A DNA stretch of 64,000 nt from positions 672,001 through 736,000 of the forward strand of contig CAWKFG010000004.1 in the NCBI GenBank assembly GCA_963848965.1, written 5' to 3'. Below the pieces are notes generated by a model, which saw nothing but the letters and a program-made list of their open reading frames with translations, did no database searches and was not told the origin of the DNA. The stretch comes from an uncultured bacterium (GTDB lineage: Bacteria > Babelota > Babeliae > Babelales > Babelaceae). Positions 42,434 to 49,496 of this stretch are shown here, piece by piece; position 1 is the first letter of the stretch, and every line of letters starts with the position of its first letter. A program made the position numbers and the translations under genes.

Positions 42434-42589
42434 TGTGCGAATTAAAAGTTCAACTTACGATCCGCACGATTTATCTTGTGACCACGAATTTGCCTAATTC
42501 AGCTAAAATATAGTTGATCCTTTACTTTTTAACTATTTCTGGGGTACAATTAAATTGTGCGAATTAAAAGTTCAACTTACGATCCGCAC
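42434..42589. repeat. Two identical 34-bp imperfect palindromes flanking a promoter (operator-like)
   Basis: TGTGCGAATTAAAAGTTCAACTTACGATCCGCAC at 42434-42467 and 42556-42589. TACAAT -10 box at 42545-42550 lies between them; RBS AGGAGG follows. Confidence 0.9.
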
Positions 42590-42603
42590 AAATAGGAGGT
42601 GAC

Positions 42604-43791
42604 ATGTTTAAAAGAGATTTGACCAATACACTTATTAATTACGCCCGTTTTCCTGTTGTTGCTCTTCTAGGACCACGCCAATCTGGTAAAACTACTTTAG
42701 TAAAAAATACCTTTAAAAACCATCGTTTTATCACTTTTGAAGATGCAGACGTACGGTCACTTGCACTTACAGATCCTCGTGGATTTTTAAGAATACATGA
42801 AAATGAGTTTGGTATTATTATAGATGAATTTCAGTATGTTCCTCAAATTTTAAGTTATATTCAGCTTGAGGTAGATGAAAAGAAAAGACCTGGATACTTT
42901 ATTTTAACAGGATCACAAAACTTTTTAATGAACCAAGCAATAACACAGTCTCTTGCAGGAAGAGTAGGCATTTTAAATTTATTACCTCTCTCATTACATG
43001 AACTTTCTCAAAATGCTTTACTTCCTGAACTAGCAGATCAAGCTATAGTTAACGGAGGATATCCGCGAATTTATAGTGAAAATATTTCTCCTATCCAACT
43101 ATACCCCTCGTATATTCAATCCTATATTGAACGCGATGTACGACAACTTATTAATGTAGGTAACCTCAATTTGTTTCAGAGATTTATTCAGTTATGTGCA
43201 GGAAGAGTAGGACGCGAGCTTAACTTAACAGTCTTAGGAAACGATTGCGGGATAAGTTACGTAACCGCACGCAGTTGGCTTTCTATCCTTGAAGCAAGTT
43301 ATATTGTATTCTTGCTTCAGCCTCACTATCAAAATTTTAATAAGCGCATTACTAAAACACCTAAACTATATTTTTTCGATACTGGTATAGTATGCTCGCT
43401 TTTACGCATTTATAGCCCAGAAGTATTATCAACTCATCCCTTAAGAGGGAATATCTTCGAATGCTTTATAATTGCAGATCTTTATAAACAATACTGTAAT
43501 AAGGGCCTACGACCTGCCTTATATTTTTGGCAAGACCAAAATGGCAAACACGAAATAGATTGTATTATAGATACTGGCCTGTCTTTAGTCCCTGTAGAAA
43601 TAAAATCTGGCGAAACAGTAAATCCAGACTATTTTAAAGGTCTTAAGTTCTGGAAAGAGCTTACTGGAATTGATTCTTCAAAAGAATTTGTTATCTATGG
43701 GGCAGATCACACATTCCAGCAGAGAAACGTAGGAACTCTCCTAGGATGGAAAGCTGCTGCGACACTTGTGGACTACGTCCAACCGATATAA
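42604..43791 (+). CDS. AAA_14 ATPase with HTH and DUF4143 (PD-(D/E)XK-like) domain
   Basis: GPRQSGKTT, IIDEFQ, FILTGS, SLAGRV, GGYP, YIERDV, HTH LNLTVLGNDCGISYVTARSWL, K.PKLYFFDTG, EID...VEIKS. Confidence 0.93.
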   Translation: MFKRDLTNTLINYARFPVVALLGPRQSGKTTLVKNTFKNHRFITFEDADVRSLALTDPRGFLRIHENEFGIIIDEFQYVPQILSYIQLEVDEKKRPGYFILTGSQNFLMNQAITQSLAGRVGILNLLPLSLHELSQNALLPELADQAIVNGGYPRIYSENISPIQLYPSYIQSYIERDVRQLINVGNLNLFQRFIQLCAGRVGRELNLTVLGNDCGISYVTARSWLSILEASYIVFLLQPHYQNFNKRITKTPKLYFFDTGIVCSLLRIYSPEVLSTHPLRGNIFECFIIADLYKQYCNKGLRPALYFWQDQNGKHEIDCIIDTGLSLVPVEIKSGETVNPDYFKGLKFWKELTGIDSSKEFVIYGADHTFQQRNVGTLLGWKAAATLVDYVQPI

Positions 43792-43810
43792 GCTTATGGC
43801 AGCCCACTCA

Positions 43811-43859
43811 AAAAGAATTCTATAAGCATCCAGAAAACTATCCAAAAATTAAGAACTTT
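43811..43859 (+). repeat. Displaced copy of the ABC ATPase 3' end (attR-like)
   Basis: Encodes KEFYKHPENYPKIKNF versus KEFRKHPENYPKIKNF at 42315-42363. Confidence 0.9.
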
Positions 43860-44027
43860 AGCACACACAAAATTATCTTGAAGATATATACTACTGCTTT
43901 TAACAAAACATCTTTATTTTCTTGGACAAACCTTTCTTAAGAAGAAAAAGTAGCATATTATAAGGCTTTATTTACCATCAAGGGATTAATAGAGGGGTTA
44001 TTCTATGTAGATAGTTACAATCGTGAC

Positions 44028-44056
44028 TTGACATTATAAAAAGAGCTTGTTAGTCT
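44028..44056 (+). promoter_or_regulatory. Sigma70-type promoter with no annotated downstream plus-strand CDS
   Basis: TTGACA-17 nt-TAGTCT with an extended TG motif. Confidence 0.6.
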
Positions 44057-44061
44057 CATCA

Positions 44062-44163
44062 TCATTAGAGAGCTTAACAATGTCCCTAAACGAACAATAC
44101 ATCCTACGTATTGTTCACCCCCCTAACCCTTCAGCTTATTTAAGTTGAAGGGCTCTTTTATTT
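44062..44163 (+). ncRNA. Candidate ~100-nt small RNA (or 22-codon small ORF)
   Basis: Promoter upstream; perfect 9-bp hairpin GAACAATAC/GTATTGTTC; C6 tract; 11-bp terminator hairpin CCCTTCAGCTT/AAGTTGAAGGG with a T-rich tail. Confidence 0.5.
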
Positions 44164-44436
44164 GAAAGCCACCTTCAGCTCAGTATCCTTTATACTTTTA
44201 AGAGCTACTCCTTTATCAAATATGTTTACTACTTCATAACCAGCAACCTTATCGCCTATACGTACGGTATATTCTTTACCTTCTAAAACTATAAGAGCAC
44301 ATCGCTTATCAGTTCCTTCTAGAGAACATACAGCTTTACATATACAGCTTTCTGCTTGTTGTACTGGTATCTTAAAAGGATCGCGCAGTTCTGCACAACA
44401 CGAAAGTGTTACAAGAAAACAAAGTATTTTAATCAT
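44158..44436 (-). CDS. PilP-like (type IV pilus/T2SS) small protein
   Basis: Start at MIKILCF; RDPF motif followed by ALI...G....VRIGD.V. Lies downstream of the PilO-like gene. Confidence 0.6.
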   Translation of the reverse strand: MIKILCFLVTLSCCAELRDPFKIPVQQAESCICKAVCSLEGTDKRCALIVLEGKEYTVRIGDKVAGYEVVNIFDKGVALKSIKDTELKVAFK

Positions 44437-44441
44437 AGTTT

Positions 44442-44972
44442 TTACCTTTTTATTAAAAACTTGAGCATGAAGGTACACAGTACGTGAGCCGTATCTGCCC
44501 GAGTCATAGTACATTCGTCACACATAAGGCCATAGGACAACGTAGCAAGCTCTTTAAAAAAATTTATTATGTTCTCGTAGCTGCCTTCTAAAGCACATTC
44601 AAAAGGTGCATAAGTATAGCCAAGCCGAGAGTGCATTTTTTTAGGAATACATGACCTTAATGATAGCGTATGTCGATTCGCACATTCGATAACCTCTGCA
44701 AGCGCCTGGTGTACTTGATGTACAGAAAGGTGCATAATCTTTTGCTGCACATTTTGTGCTTTTTTGTAGAGTACATCCCTTTTGAGATACTGTGCCTTTT
44801 GTGCCTTTAAAAAAGGTATATGAACCCTATAGTACTCTATAGAGCTTTGTGTAGGGCAATAGTACAAAAAGTACCAACTTGTGCTTACAAGAACAACTAT
44901 AAGAGCAGTTCCTGCAAAGCGTAAATACAAAGGGCACCGTACTAAAAAAATAGAAATTTGGTAAAAACTCAT
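44442..44972 (-). CDS. PilO/GspM-like type IV pilus assembly protein
   Basis: Single N-terminal TM, coiled coil, Y...PF...LEGSY.NI..FF.EL..L motif. Confidence 0.65.
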   Translation of the reverse strand: MSFYQISIFLVRCPLYLRFAGTALIVVLVSTSWYFLYYCPTQSSIEYYRVHIPFLKAQKAQYLKRDVLYKKAQNVQQKIMHLSVHQVHQALAEVIECANRHTLSLRSCIPKKMHSRLGYTYAPFECALEGSYENIINFFKELATLSYGLMCDECTMTRADTAHVLCTFMLKFLIKR

Positions 44973-45066
44973 ACATTCTCCTCATCAGACCGTTTTTTCA
45001 AACGTACTACGCTGAAGAAAAAATGCAACCATTTTTAAGCGCATGTTACCGATGAAGATAATCAAG

Positions 45067-45094
45067 AAAAAAGGGAACCCAAAAGGTTCCCTTT
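45067..45094 (-). terminator. Intrinsic terminator after the M23 gene
   Basis: AAAGGGAACC-caaaa-GGTTCCCTTT with a T-run on the minus strand. Confidence 0.75.
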
Positions 45095-45121
45095 AGCTTT
45101 TTGAATAAGGCTGTTCTTACT

Positions 45122-46336
45122 TTAAAAATCTTGTTTTGTCCATTCAAGTGGATCTACTGCTATGTTATGAATACGCATCTCTTCATGTAAATGATATCCT
45201 GTTGCACGCCCTGTTTGTCCTATCGTTCCAAGAGGGTTCCCCTTTTTAATCTTTTGTCCTACTTCAATAGGCGCAAAGCTATCAAGGTGAAAGAAGAGCG
45301 TAAAAATACTGCATCCATGGTCAATAACAACAGTATTACCGCTATGTGCATATCTGTTTTTAATAATGACAACTCCGTCTTGGGGTGCCCATACAACACT
45401 TTTTGGTGTTCCATAAAGATCTACTGCTTTATGTTGCTTAAGACCTGCATATTGTGTTGTACGAATAACACCAAATTCGGTAGTTATCTGCTTTGGACTT
45501 TTGTATTCAATAGGCATACAGAAAGCTCCTTGCCAGAGTTTTTTACAAGGAGATTTTTTAGAAAGCTCTTCAAGCTCTTCTTCAAGCTTTTGCTCAGGAA
45601 GACTATTTTCTTCTTCAGCCTTAATTTTTTCAGGGCTAATCTTTAAGCTCTGTTTTTTAAAAGGGAACATAACGACTTGAAATTTAGTCTCTAACGTCAT
45701 TTTATTACCTACTTTGTCTTCTATCTCAATAGTAAGCAAATACTCATTAGGCAGTTGCTCACAATCAACAGGAATAAAACACTCATAAATGAAAGATTTT
45801 TCTGCTTCAACATAACAAGGATAGGTCTTTGAAAAAACATGCACACAAGCAGATTTTAACTGTTTATTTGCTTGAAATTGTATATGTAAGGTTCTTCCTT
45901 GAAATACTTTAGCATCCACTGCCCCTTTAACAAAAGCTGCTTGTAATGGAACATTATCTACATATAGTAGTATTTCTTGAGCAGTTTTTTCCTTATGGTA
46001 TGTTCCATTTTGAGCTTCAACAGTAAGCGTATGCTTTCCATTAGAAAGCGCCTTTGTAGGAATAGTAAAGGGATGCTCAAACTCCTTTTTACTTATCCTA
46101 AAGTTACTTACCAACGGCTTACCATCAATTGCTATAGAAATAGTGCGTACTTTATAATTGTCCTTCCCTTTCACGCAACAGGGAACATCTCCTGCATAGG
46201 AACCTTCAGGCTCAATCCCTGCTATAAGCAACAAAGGCGCTCCTTGAGAGAAAAAATAAGAATAAATACTCCATCCAGTCCACGCTACAATAAGTGAAAT
46301 CCCTAAAAGTACAAGCATGCGTATTTTTGATGCCAT
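45122..46336 (-). CDS. M23 family metallopeptidase with N-terminal membrane anchor and Ig-like domains
   Basis: HKAVD (HxxxD), GNTVVIDHG, IGQTGRATGYHLHEE (HxH), VDP. Confidence 0.92.
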   Translation of the reverse strand: MASKIRMLVLLGISLIVAWTGWSIYSYFFSQGAPLLLIAGIEPEGSYAGDVPCCVKGKDNYKVRTISIAIDGKPLVSNFRISKKEFEHPFTIPTKALSNGKHTLTVEAQNGTYHKEKTAQEILLYVDNVPLQAAFVKGAVDAKVFQGRTLHIQFQANKQLKSACVHVFSKTYPCYVEAEKSFIYECFIPVDCEQLPNEYLLTIEIEDKVGNKMTLETKFQVVMFPFKKQSLKISPEKIKAEEENSLPEQKLEEELEELSKKSPCKKLWQGAFCMPIEYKSPKQITTEFGVIRTTQYAGLKQHKAVDLYGTPKSVVWAPQDGVVIIKNRYAHSGNTVVIDHGCSIFTLFFHLDSFAPIEVGQKIKKGNPLGTIGQTGRATGYHLHEEMRIHNIAVDPLEWTKQDF

Positions 46337-46459
46337 AATCCCTCACCCTACATAAAAATAAGACGTTACTACATCTTCTACTATACCCTCTTTTAACGAT
46401 CTCGTAAATGTGCATATCCTTAAAAGAAAGAGATATACCTAGAAATTACCGTACAAAAA

Positions 46460-46618
46460 GTGCCCCCTCCATGTGGCTTCTTAGGTCGGTGCTTAGTGAG
46501 CCTCTTATCCAAAACCCACTTGAGTAGCTTTCTTGATCTTTAGAAAATTGCTACAAGTACTAGCTCATGTCGCTAAGCTATCAGCATAAGCATTTGCATA
46601 ACAGCTCATTAAAAGCAT
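46460..46618. ncRNA. Candidate structured RNA (long irregular rod, possibly 6S-like)
   Basis: Nested pairings GCTTAG/CTAAGC, GAGC/GCTC, ACTTG/CAAGT, TAGC/GCTA and TTTCT/AGAAA with an internal bubble, in an ORF-free intergenic gap. Strand uncertain. Confidence 0.4.
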
Positions 46619-46666
46619 TCAATACCTCTGTTTGAGAAGCTTTTGTTATACAAAAGAGCGCTTTTA

Positions 46667-46675
46667 TGCTATAAT
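46667..46675 (+). promoter_or_regulatory. Extended -10 promoter for uvrC
   Basis: TGCTATAAT ending 34 nt before the uvrC ATG. Confidence 0.6.
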
Positions 46676-46709
46676 AAAAGAGCTAAAGAAATAATCGAAA
46701 AGAGCTATT

Positions 46710-47975
46710 ATGAGCGCAGAAATAATAAAAAATATACCAAAATTACCTGGCATATACGTTTTTAAAAATAAGGATAATGGAATCCTTTATATAGGCAAAG
46801 CTAAGTGCCTTTATAAGAGGGTATCATCCTATTTTAGGCGCCAACAAGACGACTGGAAAATACAAGAGCTTATAAAAGAGCATGCAACAATTGAGCATAT
46901 TATTACCAAAAATGAGATTGAAGCTCTTTTACTAGAAGCTCAGCTTATCCGTAGATTCAAGCCTAAATATAACGTTCTACTCAAAAGCGGTAATCCCTTT
47001 TTGTACCTTTTGGTAACAGATGAAGAGATTCCTCAGCTTAAAATAGTACGTATTAAAAGCGAAAAAGGTACTTATTTTGGCCCCTTTTTACATAAGCAGA
47101 AGGCTCGCTCTGTCTATGACTATCTTGTGCGCACCCTTAAATTGCGCCAATGTTCAGTTAAAATAGAGGGCGGCTGCCTTGATTACCATCTAGGCAGATG
47201 TGCTGGTAGCTGTCTTGATACCTTTAATGCTCAAGATTATAAAGTAAAGGTTACTTTAGCAAAAGAGCTTCTAGGCGGAAACTATGAGGCATGTAAACAG
47301 TTACTTCAAGAGCAAATTAAAGAGCATAATAAAAAGCTTGAATTTGAAAAATCACGCAACTTAAGCAAATATCTAGCTGATTTAGAGACTATTTTTGAAG
47401 TTCTCAAGACGGGCTTTCATGAGACAAAATACGCAAAGGATATCTCTGCTCTTACCGTACCGCTTGAATATAAATTTAAAGAACCGTTAAAGGCTCTTGA
47501 AGAGCTCCAAATTCTCTTAAAGCTTGACCGAAAACCAGTTTCTATCGATTGCTTTGACATATCCCACTTTCAAAGCAGTTCACTTGTAGGTTCATGCGTA
47601 CGATTTACCTATGGGATATCAGATCAGGATAAATTTAGAAAGTTCAAGATCAAAACGCTGAGTGAACAGAATGACTATGCAGCATTACGAGAGATTGTTT
47701 CGCGTAGATATCAACGTAATGATTTCCCTGATGTTATCCTTATTGATGGAGGAAAAGGACAACTCAATGCTGTAAAACATCTAGTACCTCATATCCCTTG
47801 TATAAGCCTTGCAAAACGTGAAGAGACTCTCTTTACTCCTCATCATCCAGAAGGCATAAAACTATCTAACAAAAGCAACGTTGGCAAACTTCTCATAGGT
47901 CTACGCGACTACGCCCACCACTTTGCCATTTCTTATCATAAAGCTTTACGCATGAAAGAACTACGGACGCTTTAA
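46710..47975 (+). CDS. uvrC: Excinuclease ABC subunit C lacking the C-terminal HhH domain
   Basis: GIY-YIG (PGIY...LYIGKAK.L..RVSSYF, EALLLE..LI...PKYN), Cys cluster, CFDISH, NDYAALREIV.RR, ILIDGGKGQL, LAKREE, RDYAHHFA. Confidence 0.93.
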   Translation: MSAEIIKNIPKLPGIYVFKNKDNGILYIGKAKCLYKRVSSYFRRQQDDWKIQELIKEHATIEHIITKNEIEALLLEAQLIRRFKPKYNVLLKSGNPFLYLLVTDEEIPQLKIVRIKSEKGTYFGPFLHKQKARSVYDYLVRTLKLRQCSVKIEGGCLDYHLGRCAGSCLDTFNAQDYKVKVTLAKELLGGNYEACKQLLQEQIKEHNKKLEFEKSRNLSKYLADLETIFEVLKTGFHETKYAKDISALTVPLEYKFKEPLKALEELQILLKLDRKPVSIDCFDISHFQSSSLVGSCVRFTYGISDQDKFRKFKIKTLSEQNDYAALREIVSRRYQRNDFPDVILIDGGKGQLNAVKHLVPHIPCISLAKREETLFTPHHPEGIKLSNKSNVGKLLIGLRDYAHHFAISYHKALRMKELRTL

Positions 47976-48052
47976 TCTTTTTGTAAGTATTTAGATTCTA
48001 AAGACCGCTTTTTATCAAGTAATGCCGCATATAAAAGAAAATAGGCTGTTCT

Positions 48053-48168
48053 ATCACCCACAGCATGGTGGATAATCACCCACCACATGGTGGATTTTTT
48101 ACCATTCTATAGATTTTTCACCCGCAATGTGGTAGAATATCAACCAAGATATGGTGGATTTTACACCA
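48053..48168. repeat. Array of 22-bp imperfect direct repeats over the promoter of the second DUF4143 gene
   Basis: Units at 48053 ATCACCCACAGCATGGTGGATA, 48075 ATCACCCACCACATGGTGGATT, 48117 TTCACCCGCAATGTGGTAGAAT and 48139 ATCAACCAAGATATGGTGGATT, then a partial TTACACCA. Extended -10 TGGTAGAAT lies inside unit 3. Confidence 0.8.
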
Positions 48169-48176
48169 AGGAGCTT

Positions 48177-49421
48177 ATGTTTTACCGCAATATTCAGCAA
48201 AGACTGGAAAAATCCCTTACTATTCATCCGGTAGTCTTGTTAACAGGAGCACGACAAACGGGTAAAACTACTTTAATGAAAGAAGTTGCTCAAGGAAAAA
48301 ATTATACTTATATTACCTTTGATGATCTTGGCTTTTTAACAACTGCACAAAAGGATCCACAAGGATTTATACAGAGCATACCCAAACCGGTAATTCTTGA
48401 TGAAATACAAAGGGTTCCAGAACTATTTCTTTCTATTAAACAATATGTTGATGAGCATGATATTCCTGGCCAATTTGCCTTAACGGGATCTGCCAATCCA
48501 CTCTTAATTCCTCGTTTAGGAGATTCACTTGCAGGTAGAATGGAGATACTTAAGCTATTTCCGCTTTCACAAGGAGAATTGCATAACACTTTTAACGATT
48601 TTATTAGCTTTGCATTTAGTGACGCTCTCTTTCCTAAAACTTCAGAACTTCAGAAATCAGAGTTATTGAAAAGTGTTATAGTAGGAGGCTACCCCCGTGT
48701 TCAAGGACTTGATGAGGATGGTCGAACATCGTGGTTTAATTCTTATATCGAAGCATTACTTCAACGGGATGTAAAAGATCTCTCTCAACTTACGAGCATT
48801 GGTGAATTTCCTCGTCTTCTTTATATTTTAGCAACACGCACCGGAAACCTTCTTAATACAGCTGATCTTTCACGCTCAACAGGTATACCCACTACAACAT
48901 TGCAGCGCTATCTTTCTCTTTTAGAAGCATTGTTTATTGTTCAATTACAACCATCTTGGAATTCAAATTTAGGAAATAGGTTTATCAAATCACCTAAAAC
49001 ATATCTCATAGATTCTGGATTACTTTCATTCCTTCTTGGCATTAATCTTCAGAGACTAACTGATGATGGAAAGCTTATGGGTGGAATCCTAGAGAATTTT
49101 GTAGTGAATGAGCTCTATAAGCAGGCCACGTGGAGTAAGATGAGAGTTAAACTTTACCATTTTCGTACAACCACAGGAATTGAAGTTGATACTGTACTTG
49201 AAAACGCTAGCGGGTCACTTGTCGGCATTGAAGTAAAAGGAAGTGCTACCATAAACCCAAGCGATTTTAAGGGATTACAGTATCTGCAAGAAATGACTCA
49301 ACAAAAGTTTCACAGGGGAATTGTTCTTTATCTAGGATCTGAAATCATACCATATGGTAAAGGGCTTTTTGCAATTCCTCTTTCATCTCTTTGGAGAACT
49401 GCTTCTGTCAGCACTCTGTAA
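48177..49421 (+). CDS. AAA_14 ATPase with HTH and DUF4143 domain
   Basis: Start MFYRN after AAGGAG; GARQTGKTT, ILDEIQ, FALTGS, SLAGRME, GGYP, HTH LNTADLSRSTGIPTTTLQRYL, KSPK.Y..DSG, EVD...GIEVK. Confidence 0.93.
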   Translation: MFYRNIQQRLEKSLTIHPVVLLTGARQTGKTTLMKEVAQGKNYTYITFDDLGFLTTAQKDPQGFIQSIPKPVILDEIQRVPELFLSIKQYVDEHDIPGQFALTGSANPLLIPRLGDSLAGRMEILKLFPLSQGELHNTFNDFISFAFSDALFPKTSELQKSELLKSVIVGGYPRVQGLDEDGRTSWFNSYIEALLQRDVKDLSQLTSIGEFPRLLYILATRTGNLLNTADLSRSTGIPTTTLQRYLSLLEALFIVQLQPSWNSNLGNRFIKSPKTYLIDSGLLSFLLGINLQRLTDDGKLMGGILENFVVNELYKQATWSKMRVKLYHFRTTTGIEVDTVLENASGSLVGIEVKGSATINPSDFKGLQYLQEMTQQKFHRGIVLYLGSEIIPYGKGLFAIPLSSLWRTASVSTL

Positions 49422-49463
49422 CTTTCTTTACTCTCAAGCATATAAGCACCAGTATAAGAGACA

Positions 49464-49491
49464 AGAAGGCTTTCCGAATGGAAAGCCTTCT
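49464..49491. terminator. Probable bidirectional intrinsic terminator
   Basis: AGAAGGCTTTCC-gaat-GGAAAGCCTTCT between convergent genes. Confidence 0.85.
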
Positions 49492-49496
49492 ACTTT

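Larger units (their letters stand above)
42315..43859. mobile_element. Putative integrated 1.5-kb single-gene cassette bounded by att-like direct repeats
   Basis: 49-bp direct repeat (42315-42363 and 43811-43859, 44/49 identical) duplicating the 3' end of the ABC ATPase gene. Encloses one AAA-DUF4143 gene; no integrase. Confidence 0.6.

Noticed and set aside
42434..42589. 34-bp palindromic repeat pair as a mini CRISPR array
   Set aside because: Only two copies, the 88-bp spacer contains a promoter, and there are no cas genes in the window.
43746..43940. 64-aa ORF containing KHPENYPKIKNF
   Set aside because: Overlaps the DUF4143 gene end and has no RBS; explained by the duplicated ABC ATPase 3' end.
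45191..46297. Plus-strand ORFs 45191..45646 and 45977..46297
   Set aside because: Antisense to the M23 peptidase gene.
46455..46500. Resemblance of minus-strand GCACCGACC...GGAGGGGGCAC to a tracrRNA tail or twister ribozyme
   Set aside because: The GCACCGA hairpin partner and the twister core could not be found, and no Cas9 is nearby.
48087..48176. Longer N-termini given by the ORF track (also at 10906, 21637, 35686, 37359, 41016, 41641, 44514, 52538, 63614)
   Set aside because: Downstream ATGs have better RBS spacing and restore signal peptides or family-typical starts; the 48087 extension runs through the repeat array.
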